Shown in pieces: positions 49,401 to 58,032 of a stretch of 64,000 bases of DNA; position 1 is the stretch's first letter, and each line of letters starts with the position of its first letter. Location of the stretch: positions 64,001-128,000 of the forward strand of contig CBDHHL010000049.1 of NCBI GenBank assembly GCA_965263355.1. Direction: 5' to 3'. Both the position numbers and the translations under genes were made by a program. The notes below the pieces were generated by a model. That model saw nothing but the letters and a program-made list of their open reading frames with translations. It ran no database searches and had not been told where the DNA came from. The DNA comes from Leptolyngbyaceae cyanobacterium. Its GTDB lineage: Bacteria > Cyanobacteriota > Cyanobacteriia > Phormidesmidales > Phormidesmidaceae.

Positions 49401-51484
49401 GGGATGTGTTGTTGCAATGTATGCAGCTGAATATTCCTCAAGATATCTGTCTGCCTGTTGAGATTGAACGTATAGACCTGTTTGCAAATCCGCTAACCGG
49501 AGCAGGGCGACGGATCATCACCGCAATTTTGAATGAAAAAATCGACAAAGAATACATTTGTGAGGTAGTTGCCACCGATGAGGTAGGCACCATCATTGAG
49601 CACTTGCACGGCTACCGATTACGGGTCCTAGAAGAACATCCCGAAAACCCCAGCGCAGTAGAATTGGCATCTCCGGAACGGCGGGACCAACAAACCTTAC
49701 AACAAACTCTGACAGTTGCCTGTAGTCAGGTGGGTGTGCAAACACCCACTGTCGCCCTGGGCTACGCCCCTGGACTGGGCGCACAAGCTAAGAAAAAGCG
49801 TCGGCAGATAGAAAAGGGACTTGTTGATCGGGTTATTAAGCGCACCCGTAATCTTGCACCAGACTCTGCGGCTCTCACATTTACTATCCGCACCCACAGC
49901 TCGGGTAAACCCTATCTGAGTGGACAGGCGTTTCAGGATCTGGAGGCTCCTCCAGAGCTTTCTCTGTCCCACGACGATCACTACTGTCTCTGTACGGTGG
50001 CTGATACTCCCCAGGGGTGTGATATCGAATCGGTTAACCATCGCTCTGAGGAAGATTGGGTAGCGCTGTTGAGCAATGCCCGCACCGACATTGTTAATCA
50101 GCTAGTGGCCTCGGGGGACGAGCGAGATGTGGCAGGTACTCGGGTGTGGTCAGCCTTAGAGGCGCTGCATAAGGCTTTTAATGGTATTGATTTCACCCTA
50201 TACCTTCAACAGCGTCAGGACAGCACCGTGTTATTGCATGCCCAAACAGACCAGGGAGATAACTATTATGTTTTGACCCTGCCAGTGCAGCTGACCCGCT
50301 ATCCACAGCGCATGGTGGCGATGGTAGTGAACCTGTCCCCTGAGACATCCACCGTGGGTTCGCCTGTAGGTTCGCCTGGTTCACTCCTGGTAGACGAACA
50401 GCCTGATCCCTATGGCATTATCCGTCCTGGAGAACATCGCACCCGCATCACGGAAGATGGTCCCCAAAATCAACCGGTGTACGAAAAACGGTTCCCAGTT
50501 ACCTTTAAGGAGGGGTGTAGCATAAGCCGTAAAGTAACGGTGTCACAGTATATCAGCTGGGTGGGCAAGATTCGAGAACTGCCATTGAGAAGCATGGCAG
50601 AACAGATGGTGCCCGATTTCCTAAGCGGTGAGTTTGGCATGGTGACTAATAGCGTTACCCTGCGAGTCTTAGGAGAGGCCACTACCTATGACACGATCCA
50701 GGCTCGGTGTTGGTTAGGCAATTTAGTCAACTCGTCCTTCTCCACATATATGGAATTCTGCAAAGTGTTACCCGATGACACCTTAGAACGGGTAGCCATG
50801 GCAGAAGTCCGGGCAACTTGGGTGCGGTTAATCAGCTATGGTATTCCGGCCCCTGAGCCCATGCCAAATTATCTGCAGGCCTATATGGATCAGTTCTGTG
50901 CCAAATTACCTGCCACCATCGATCTAAAAGAATCTCCCACCGATACCTTACAGGTGTTACCCGAAAGTCTATCGGCGATGCAACCAGGGGGTATCCAGTA
51001 TCAGTCTTCTGCAATCCCCCATGGTGATTTAGTGTTTACTGAGGTTTTCCAAACCACCTTAGAAGAGTCCAACCTGGTGGGGAATGTCTACTACGGCAAT
51101 TACTTCATCTGGCAAGGACGGGTGATCGATCTCTTCCTTTACTCCTTGGCCCCCAACTACTTTAGAGTGTCAACAGCGCAGGGAGAAGCGGTCTCACTTT
51201 ACAGCCATATGAACTTTATGCGAGAGGCCATGCCCTTTGATAAAATCCGCGTCAATCTCTATCTCCATAGCGTGACTGACTGTGGAGCAGTATTTAACTT
51301 CGAGTTTTTCCGAGAAATGCCCGGCGACAAGCAAGAAAAACTGCACACAGGACAGCAGGAAGTAATTTGGGCCAACCGTCAAGCCGACGGGTCCCCCATC
51401 CCTGCCTCCTGGCCTGAGGCAATTCGTAAAGCCCTAATTCAACAACAATCCACCTCAAACACCATGGGTTACGCCATGGCGTAG
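46427..51484 (+). CDS. PksE-like iterative PKS, C-terminal part: ACP-ACP-KR-DH-PPTase-hotdog TE x2
   Basis: LLDDLNLDSIK twice; KR VTGGAKGITAECA and WYGFANE; DH DHIWRGSYLFP; PPTase GKP, SLSH, GCDIE, WSALEALHKA; TE EESNLVGNVYYGNYFIWQGR preceded by a diverged copy (YISWVGKIRE). Confidence 0.9.
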   Translation: MNNIDSDQEMLQLLSQYFATRGNFLAQVIRADMRTLPGHQLAQTHSVNGSNGYNNSHNGNGYNHQFNGLSTNGAVNNGAVNNGAANNGVPHVQVVTPVAPSVVPEVVPSQTTTHDQVVGTLVNLIVEKTGYPQESITLDSRLLDDLNLDSIKAGEVVATAAKQFGVTGDLDPTALANVTLAEVAQAICDTLPDAGPLPETSIGNNNSALVPSVPETKNVSQMLLNLVEESTGFPKSSLAMDMRLLDDLNLDSIKAAELVGRAAKQLGIDGQLDPSTLANATLTDVATTLENAATMTVPAQAVNPALKPAKPTAIALSKWVRNFAVDYIEAALPERTPETWSNAKVRLVADTSDSPVVAALAAQITSLGGEIVHSTFTEILSAAAETGYSHIIAVLPQPAEAAELSSLPLAEMTVRLKGITTLADAAKTACVAYVQFGGGQFGTDSALAPESCCAAAFARSLHLERPSLRVRVVDLASALVPEQSAELVISELSGEETIVTAGYDAEQVRRVPQSRLHQPATYTPREQSWSNTDVILVTGGAKGITAECALAIAESTGAKMALVGRSAAPAPGSQNEIAKTLARYGQQDLKAEYYSCDIANPEAVVTLVETITKELGSVTGVIHGAGLNTPRRVEQVSLEEAQKEAGPKLIGAQNLLQALAEHPPKLFLAFTSIIGITGMPGNSWYGFANESLALLLRRFNHLHPETQVVSLAYSVWDEVGMGARMGSVKNLERMGIGAISPEEGIERCVRLFHNDPGVQQVAIAARLGGLDTWIPIPQIPIDQLRFMERVTYLEPGVELTVRTHLTQERDLYVKDHIWRGSYLFPTVFGLEAMAQAAAVISADPEPTIVRLENISLRRPIVVSPETGVEIEIHAEMTELNSAGERQIKIGIRTEQTGFNTDHFSATLVLGERQPSQTLKHQLGAPLAIEPKRDLYGSLLFQGELFQQMDSIYSLSREQSLLESHAQASADLTETGFPVGQGSDFLLGDPYLRDVLLQCMQLNIPQDICLPVEIERIDLFANPLTGAGRRIITAILNEKIDKEYICEVVATDEVGTIIEHLHGYRLRVLEEHPENPSAVELASPERRDQQTLQQTLTVACSQVGVQTPTVALGYAPGLGAQAKKKRRQIEKGLVDRVIKRTRNLAPDSAALTFTIRTHSSGKPYLSGQAFQDLEAPPELSLSHDDHYCLCTVADTPQGCDIESVNHRSEEDWVALLSNARTDIVNQLVASGDERDVAGTRVWSALEALHKAFNGIDFTLYLQQRQDSTVLLHAQTDQGDNYYVLTLPVQLTRYPQRMVAMVVNLSPETSTVGSPVGSPGSLLVDEQPDPYGIIRPGEHRTRITEDGPQNQPVYEKRFPVTFKEGCSISRKVTVSQYISWVGKIRELPLRSMAEQMVPDFLSGEFGMVTNSVTLRVLGEATTYDTIQARCWLGNLVNSSFSTYMEFCKVLPDDTLERVAMAEVRATWVRLISYGIPAPEPMPNYLQAYMDQFCAKLPATIDLKESPTDTLQVLPESLSAMQPGGIQYQSSAIPHGDLVFTEVFQTTLEESNLVGNVYYGNYFIWQGRVIDLFLYSLAPNYFRVSTAQGEAVSLYSHMNFMREAMPFDKIRVNLYLHSVTDCGAVFNFEFFREMPGDKQEKLHTGQQEVIWANRQADGSPIPASWPEAIRKALIQQQSTSNTMGYAMA

Positions 51485-51540
51485 GGTGTGTTTTAACGCA
51501 CCGTCCAGAGGCGTAGGGTGCGTTAAAACGCACCGTCCAG
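51478..51540 (+). repeat. Two tandem REP-like palindromic units (32-bp period)
   Basis: GGCGTAGGGTGTGTTTTAACGCACCGTCCAG and GGCGTAGGGTGCGTTAAAACGCACCGTCCAG; GTAG followed by a GGTGCGTT/AACGCACC hairpin. Confidence 0.8.
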
Positions 51541-51571
51541 TTAACAGCACTTAAATCAAAAAACAATACCC

Positions 51572-51802
51572 ATGACTCAGTCCAAAGGCACCTTAAGAAA
51601 CCAACTCCGCAATATCCATATCCTGGCCTCTGTTGCCTTGGGGGCATTTATCTATTCCCCCTGGCGCAACAGTGCTGGCTTTCCCATGATCATGGGGGCT
51701 GTTGTTTTTCCCATCCTGTCATTGACGGGGTTATGGATGTGGCAGGGACACCGTATCAGTCGCTGGTTTAAGAACAAAAAAAATACAACCCCAGCCGCTT
51801 AA
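51572..51802 (+). CDS. Small two-helix membrane protein
   Basis: Two hydrophobic segments with a His in the first and LTGLWMW in the second (reminiscent of PepSY-associated helices); operonic position. Confidence 0.75.
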   Translation: MTQSKGTLRNQLRNIHILASVALGAFIYSPWRNSAGFPMIMGAVVFPILSLTGLWMWQGHRISRWFKNKKNTTPAA

Positions 51803-51873
51803 GCGTGAGGCGTCGCTACCCCTCAGCATGATTCCATCGAGAGCTTTCTATCCTTTCACTATCCAACCTTAAG

Positions 51874-53700
51874 ATGACCACTATGCAATGTACTGAAACC
51901 TACGATGTTGTGATTATGGGGGCAGGATTTGCGGGTCTTTGTCAGGCTCGGCATCTCATGCTCAAAATTCCGAACATTAAGATTGCCCTGGTTGATCCGC
52001 GTTCTCCAGAAAGAAGTCCTGAGAAAGATTTGAAGATTGGAGAATCAACGGTGGAAGTTGCGGCGTTGTTTCTCGCTAAGGAACTGGGGCTATACGAATA
52101 TTTGGTAGAAAAACAAGTGCCAAAATTTGGCCTAAATTTTCACTGGCCGAAGACGCCTAAAAACACCCAGAAAATCGACGATTACTATCATATTTGGACC
52201 AATCGCCAGCCAGAAATTGCATCTTTCCAGGTGGATCGGTCTGAATTTGAACAGGACCTGCTCAAGATGAATATTGAGCAGGGTGCCCACTTTATTAATG
52301 GTCGGGTGGTCGATATCGATTTACCCCAGGGAGATGGCATTAATACCGTTAAAGTTCGGGCAAATGGTGAAATCCGAGACCTGAAAGCCAAGCATGTGAT
52401 TGATGCTGCTGGACGTAAGTTTTTGATTGGTAAAAAGACAGATAATCTGTTGTTTGGTCCCGAAAACCTCTACGGATTAAACAATGGCGCAGCCTGGGTC
52501 AGGGTAAAAAATGTTGACCGTGATCTTTTCCACGATGGCTACGATCCGGAGAATACTTCTGTCAGTCATTACTATGCCACCAATCACTACTTTGGTCATG
52601 GCCATTGGCTATGGATGATCCCCATCGACACAGAGAACCAACAACTGTCCATTGGGGTAATGCACCACCATGATGTGCTGGCGGCAAACCAGGTTAACAA
52701 GCAAGAGAAGTTCCTGGCGTTTTTGAAGGCCAATCATACGGTTTTGTACGATCTTATTAAAAGTGGTGAAACCGTTGACTTTCACTATTGGCCCAGGGCT
52801 GCCCACAAATCAAAGACAATGTTCTCCGAAGATAACTGGTATGTGATCGGGGATGCGGCCTGTATCTTTGATGCCTTTTATTCCCAGGGGTCCACGTTAA
52901 CCACCTTTGCCATTGAAGGGGCCACGGAGATTATTCGCTCAAAGCTGGCCCAGGAACCCGATGCTGAGCAAAAACGCGTTGCCTACAACAGCTTTACTCT
53001 GGGATATAACGACTTAGTCAACAGTCTTTATCGCGATCATGACAAACAGCTAGGTGATGCCAGCATTATGAGCTGGCGCATTTACTTTGAATACATTTGG
53101 TGGTTCGGTGTGGTGGTGCCGCTGTATATCGGCAAGTGGCATTTGGACATCGACGTTTGCAACAGAACCGTGAAGATCTTTAACGGTCTATCGAAGCTAT
53201 GGTTCGATGTGTACGATCAGTTTAATGAACTGATTGAGAAACAAGTCAATCTTGGGTTTTTGGACTGTTATCGGGCCGATCAATTAATTTTTGGCTATAC
53301 CACGGCTAAGCATTTTGACGATTTCACTCAGAATGCTAAGTATGAGCCCTTCCGAGTGAATGTGTTTGGCAGTTTGAAGAATGCCTGTTTTTATGCGATC
53401 GCATGGTTAATTAAGTTCAAATGGAAAGGCTTTGGCTTAGCAGGATTGCTCAGCCCTAAAACCATTGGCAATATTGCTTGGGTCTCATCGATTATGGGGC
53501 TAGCCGCTATGGGGGAAATTGTTTTCAAGATTAAAACCATGGGCACCCCTGACAATAGCGACATTGAGCAAATGCGCAAAGAGTTCAAGAGCTATCAGTA
53601 TATCCCTGAACTCCAACCCTCGCTCTTTGAAAAACGTAAGCCTGAAGAGTTATCTGCAGGGGCTGAAAACATCTCTTCAGCAGAACTGGTTAGGAATTAA
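51874..53700 (+). CDS. Flavin-dependent halogenase-like oxidoreductase 1
   Basis: GAGFAG, KIGEST, conserved Lys in PKFGLNF, WLWMIP (WxWxIP), GDAACIFDAFYSQG. Confidence 0.85.
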   Translation: MTTMQCTETYDVVIMGAGFAGLCQARHLMLKIPNIKIALVDPRSPERSPEKDLKIGESTVEVAALFLAKELGLYEYLVEKQVPKFGLNFHWPKTPKNTQKIDDYYHIWTNRQPEIASFQVDRSEFEQDLLKMNIEQGAHFINGRVVDIDLPQGDGINTVKVRANGEIRDLKAKHVIDAAGRKFLIGKKTDNLLFGPENLYGLNNGAAWVRVKNVDRDLFHDGYDPENTSVSHYYATNHYFGHGHWLWMIPIDTENQQLSIGVMHHHDVLAANQVNKQEKFLAFLKANHTVLYDLIKSGETVDFHYWPRAAHKSKTMFSEDNWYVIGDAACIFDAFYSQGSTLTTFAIEGATEIIRSKLAQEPDAEQKRVAYNSFTLGYNDLVNSLYRDHDKQLGDASIMSWRIYFEYIWWFGVVVPLYIGKWHLDIDVCNRTVKIFNGLSKLWFDVYDQFNELIEKQVNLGFLDCYRADQLIFGYTTAKHFDDFTQNAKYEPFRVNVFGSLKNACFYAIAWLIKFKWKGFGLAGLLSPKTIGNIAWVSSIMGLAAMGEIVFKIKTMGTPDNSDIEQMRKEFKSYQYIPELQPSLFEKRKPEELSAGAENISSAELVRN

Positions 53701-53824
53701 TTCACACTTGCACCTGCTTGCAGGCTAGCCGGTTCAAACCCATCGTTTTCAAGTTTTTCATCTTGTTTTCAAATAAACTTCCGTCGTTAAACATTTCACT
53801 TTCTATCGAGGGAAATCTCAAACT

Positions 53825-55666
53825 ATGACCAGCACGTTAATGCGAGAGACAACATATCACGAGACTAAAAACCATAACTACGACGTGGTGATCATAGGGG
53901 CAGGGTTTGCTGGTCTTTGTCAGGCTCGTCACCTGATGCTCAATATTCCTAATCTCAAGATTGCCCTCATCGATCCTCGCCCCATTGAGCGAGGTGATAA
54001 GGACCTCAAAATTGGTGAATCTACCATTGAAATTGCCGCCTTGTTTTTGAGTAAGGAACTGGGTCTGTATGAATATCTGGTGGAAAACCATGTTCCCAAA
54101 ATCGGCTTGAATTTCCACTGGCCAAAGGAGGGCGACAAGACCGAAAAACTTGAGGACTACTATCACATCTGGTCTAACCGTCAGGTATCGATTCCAGCGT
54201 TTCAAATGAATCGAGCTAAGTTAGAGCGTGATTTACTCAAGATGAATCAAGAGATGGGGGTAACATTCTATAACGGTCGCGCCAAAGATGTTGATCTTAC
54301 CCCTGGCGATGCAACTAAGCAGGTCACGGTGAAACTCAAGGGTGAAGAGGTTACCCTCAACTGTAAGCATGTGATCGATGCAGCCGGTCGTAACTTTATC
54401 ATTGGCCGTAAGAAAGATAACGTACTGTCTGGCCCAGAGAATCTCTTAGGTCTGAATAATGGCTCTGCTTGGATGCGGGTTAAAGGCGTAGATCGCTCTA
54501 TTTTTCATGACGGGTACGACCCCAACAATGCCTCCACCAGTCACTATTACGCCACCAATCACTACTTTGGCCATGGTCACTGGCTATGGATGATTCCCAC
54601 CGATAGCAAGACCATGGAAGTGTCCATCGGCATGATGCACCACCACGATCAGCTGCCCGCTGAAGAGGTTAGGACCCAGGAGAAGTTTACTAACTTCTTA
54701 AAGCACAACCACACGATGCTTTATAGGCTGATCGAAAGTGGCGAAGCCATTGACTTTAACTATCGTCCTAAGGTGGCCCACAAGAGTAAGGAGATGTTCT
54801 CCAAAGATAACTGGTATGTGATTGGAGACGCGGCCTATATCTTTGATGCGTTCTACTCCTACGGCACGTCCACGGTAGCGCTGGCGATTGAAAGTGTCAC
54901 CGAAATTATCCGCTCCAAGGTAGCTCAAGAACCCGAAACAGAAGCAAAGCGAGATGCCTTTAACAAGTTCAACCTGATCTTTGCCCTCACCGTTAACTAT
55001 CTCTATCGCGATCACGGTAAGCAGTTGGGCCATGCCAGTGTGATGAGCTGGCGCATCTATTGGGAATATATGTGGTGGTTCGGCATGATGGTGCCCATGT
55101 ATGTCGGTAAGTGGCATATTGACCAAACCTTTATTGACATTTTCTTAGGCATCAACAAGAAAATTGACGGCATGTTCTCCCATATCAACAAGCAGTTCAA
55201 TGAACTGGTGGAACGGGATGCCAACCTGGGGTTAATGGATTGTTATCGGGCAGACCAGCTGATCTGGGGCTACTATACTCCCAAACAGTTTGATAATTAT
55301 CTGGCCAATACAAAGCTGGAACCCCTTCACTGTAATGTCTTTGCCTGCATCAAAAACACCTGTTTCTTTGTGGCAGTGTGGTACGCCAAGTTCCTTTGGA
55401 AGGGCTTTGGTCTCAAGGGCGTGCTGAACCCTAAAAACCTTTACTATCTGATGGTGCTGATGGGCTTTACCATTCAGTCGGCGATTGGTGAGATGGTCTA
55501 CAAGTTTAAGACTAGAGGTCTTTCCAACAATAGTCAGATTACTCAGATGCGTGAGGAGTTTAAGTCTTATCAATACAAGCCTGAACTCCGCTCCTGGATG
55601 ACAGATGTGGCTGCCAAAACTCAGACGATGGCAGACAAAGAATCTGCAGAATACGCGTTCAAATAA
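53825..55666 (+). CDS. Flavin-dependent halogenase-like oxidoreductase 2
   Basis: GAGFAG, KIGEST, PKIGLNF, WLWMIP, GDAAYIFDAFYSYG; clear paralog of its neighbours. Confidence 0.85.
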   Translation: MTSTLMRETTYHETKNHNYDVVIIGAGFAGLCQARHLMLNIPNLKIALIDPRPIERGDKDLKIGESTIEIAALFLSKELGLYEYLVENHVPKIGLNFHWPKEGDKTEKLEDYYHIWSNRQVSIPAFQMNRAKLERDLLKMNQEMGVTFYNGRAKDVDLTPGDATKQVTVKLKGEEVTLNCKHVIDAAGRNFIIGRKKDNVLSGPENLLGLNNGSAWMRVKGVDRSIFHDGYDPNNASTSHYYATNHYFGHGHWLWMIPTDSKTMEVSIGMMHHHDQLPAEEVRTQEKFTNFLKHNHTMLYRLIESGEAIDFNYRPKVAHKSKEMFSKDNWYVIGDAAYIFDAFYSYGTSTVALAIESVTEIIRSKVAQEPETEAKRDAFNKFNLIFALTVNYLYRDHGKQLGHASVMSWRIYWEYMWWFGMMVPMYVGKWHIDQTFIDIFLGINKKIDGMFSHINKQFNELVERDANLGLMDCYRADQLIWGYYTPKQFDNYLANTKLEPLHCNVFACIKNTCFFVAVWYAKFLWKGFGLKGVLNPKNLYYLMVLMGFTIQSAIGEMVYKFKTRGLSNNSQITQMREEFKSYQYKPELRSWMTDVAAKTQTMADKESAEYAFK

Positions 55667-55707
55667 GCCCTTTTTATACCACTAATACCGATTCCCTAGA
55701 CAACTCC

Positions 55708-57492
55708 ATGAATACAACACCAGTACTTGAGAAACCCTCTACTAAACCGGGCCAACATGATTACGATGTAGTCATCATGGGCGCAGGCTTTGCCGGAATT
55801 TGTCAGGCTAGACATCTGGCCCTCAATATTCCTAACATCAAAGTTGCTCTCGTTGACTTTCGCCCCGAGGAGAGAGACGTCAAGGATATGAAAATTGGCG
55901 AATCCATGGTGGAAGTTGCCGCTCTTTTTGTTTGTAAAGAGCTGGGTCTGCATGAGTACATGATCGAAAATCACACCCCTAAGGCAGGGCTTAATTTCCA
56001 CTGGCCCAAGGAACCAGAAGATACGGACCAGCTGGATGATTATTACCATGTTTGGTCCAATCGTCAGACTGCGATCGCATCTTTCCATATGAACCGGGCC
56101 AAATTTGAGCGCGATGTGCTGGCCATGACCCGCGAGATGGGTGTAGACTTTTACAACGGTCGCGTCATAGATGTGGAGTTGCCCGCAGGCGACAGTCTTA
56201 ACACCGTTAAAGTGAAGCTTAACGGTGAGTTGATGGCACTTACTGCCAAGCATGTAGTGGATGCTGCGGGTCGACAATGCATGATAGGCAAGAAAAAAGA
56301 CAATGTGATTAGCGATCCTGAAAATTTATATGGCCTCAAAACAGGATCTGCTTGGGTTCGGGTCAAGAATATTGACCGTAAGCTGTTTGACGAAGGATAT
56401 AATCCTGACCGTGCCACTAGCAGCAGTTACTATGCCACCAATCACTTCTTTGGTCAGGGGCACTGGCTGTGGATGATTCCCACCGATCGCGAATCGATGG
56501 AACTTTCCATTGGCATCATCCATCACCATGATGTGATTCCATCTAATTCAATTAATTCCAAAGAAAAGTTTTACGCGTTTCTAAAGTCCAATCACAAGAT
56601 TCTTTCCAATTTAGTAGAATCCGGTGAAGACATTGATTTCCGTTATCGTCGTAGCATTGCCTACAAGAGTAAGGAAATGTTCTCTCCCGATAACTGGTAT
56701 GTACTAGGGGATGCTGCTTACATCTTTGATGCTTTTTACTCCTATGGCACCACCACCGTTGCCTTTGCAGTAGAAGGTGTCACCGAAATTATCCGGGCCA
56801 AGCTAGCGGGCGAATCTGACGCTGAGACCAAGCGTGATGCCTACAATAAATTTAATCTCGCCTACGCCGAAAATGTAAACCACCTGATCCGCTACCATGA
56901 CAAGCAACTGGGGCATGCCAGTGTGATGAGCTGGCGGGTTTACTTTGAGTATATGTGGTGGTTTGGTGTCCATGTACCGATGTATGTGGGTAAGTGGCAC
57001 CTCAATCTTACCTTTGTCAACAAGTTCCTGAAGCTGTTGCCAGCCAATATGAAGGGACTGTTTGTTGATGTGTATGGACAGTTTAATCAGATTGTGGATC
57101 GCGGTGGCAATATTGGCTTAATGGATGCTTATCGGGCCGATCAGCTCATTGGTGATTATAGTCCCCTGAATCACTTCGATCATTTTTTGGAGAATTCAAA
57201 GCTTGAACCATTACGCTGTAATGTCTTTGCGGGCATGAAGCATGCCTACTTCTTTATTGCCATTTGGTATTTGAAGTTCCAATGGATGGGCTTTGGTCTG
57301 CTAGGGGTGCTACATCCCCGCCATGTATACCATTTCTTCCGTCTGTTGAGTCTGTCATTCCAGGCAATTATTGGTGAGAAAATCTATCAGTCCAAGACCA
57401 AGCACTTGCCTGAAAATACAGATACCGAGAAAATGCGCGAGGAATTTAAACAGTATACGTATCAACCAGTCTGGCAGTCTGGTAAGGGATAA
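55708..57492 (+). CDS. Flavin-dependent halogenase-like oxidoreductase 3
   Basis: GAGFAG, KIGESM, PKAGLNF, WLWMIP, GDAAYIFDAFYSYG. Confidence 0.85.
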   Translation: MNTTPVLEKPSTKPGQHDYDVVIMGAGFAGICQARHLALNIPNIKVALVDFRPEERDVKDMKIGESMVEVAALFVCKELGLHEYMIENHTPKAGLNFHWPKEPEDTDQLDDYYHVWSNRQTAIASFHMNRAKFERDVLAMTREMGVDFYNGRVIDVELPAGDSLNTVKVKLNGELMALTAKHVVDAAGRQCMIGKKKDNVISDPENLYGLKTGSAWVRVKNIDRKLFDEGYNPDRATSSSYYATNHFFGQGHWLWMIPTDRESMELSIGIIHHHDVIPSNSINSKEKFYAFLKSNHKILSNLVESGEDIDFRYRRSIAYKSKEMFSPDNWYVLGDAAYIFDAFYSYGTTTVAFAVEGVTEIIRAKLAGESDAETKRDAYNKFNLAYAENVNHLIRYHDKQLGHASVMSWRVYFEYMWWFGVHVPMYVGKWHLNLTFVNKFLKLLPANMKGLFVDVYGQFNQIVDRGGNIGLMDAYRADQLIGDYSPLNHFDHFLENSKLEPLRCNVFAGMKHAYFFIAIWYLKFQWMGFGLLGVLHPRHVYHFFRLLSLSFQAIIGEKIYQSKTKHLPENTDTEKMREEFKQYTYQPVWQSGKG

Positions 57493-57535
57493 ATCAACCA
57501 TTTTTTGCTAGAACAGACCTAATTTATCCTAGGAT

Positions 57536-57580
57536 GCGATCGCACCTTTTCTGTTAATACGGGAAGGTGCGATCGCGTTT
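57536..57580 (+). terminator. Stem-loop ending the halogenase operon, with HIP1 in both arms
   Basis: GCGATCGCACCTTTTCTGT-taat-ACGGGAAGGTGCGATCGC followed by GTTT. Confidence 0.65.
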
Positions 57581-58032
57581 AAATTCCATACAATCTAAAA
57601 AGAGAATCATTGTAATACAACCTTTGGAAACAAAATATTACTATACCTAAATCTTCCTTACAGTATAGAAGTAACTTAATTAAATAAGAGTCTTAAAGCG
57701 CTCATTCAATTAATCTGTTGATTTGTATTGTTATCTTTATAAGATTTCTAAAACCATATAAGAGTTTGACAAAGAACTCTCTTTCATTCTGCTGTAACGA
57801 CCAAAACAATATTAGAGTTCAATTGGCTGAGCATCATAAATTACCTGGGTAATCAGGTATGACCAAAATTGAGTGTAGGGTAGTGTGTTGACACTCCTCA
57901 GCTATGGGGGATTCAAGTCATAGTGATTTACCACCCAAGAGCTTCACCTGACCCCTTTCAACCGTTATTGGGATAGGTCTGGCCCTATTAGGGTGTTGTT
58001 GACACAACAAACCTTTATTCTTTGCTAACTTC

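Noticed and set aside
43324..51484. PUFA or heterocyst glycolipid synthase
   Set aside because: Despite tandem ACPs, there is no chain-length factor or PfaD-type enoyl reductase. The KS motifs, integrated PPTase and hotdog TE fit PksE.
51478..51540. Mini CRISPR array
   Set aside because: Two abutting palindromic units with no spacer and no cas genes.
43324..57492. Complete enediyne antibiotic cluster
   Set aside because: No recognisable E3/E4/E5, apoprotein or sugar genes in the window; only the PKS and TE functions are present.
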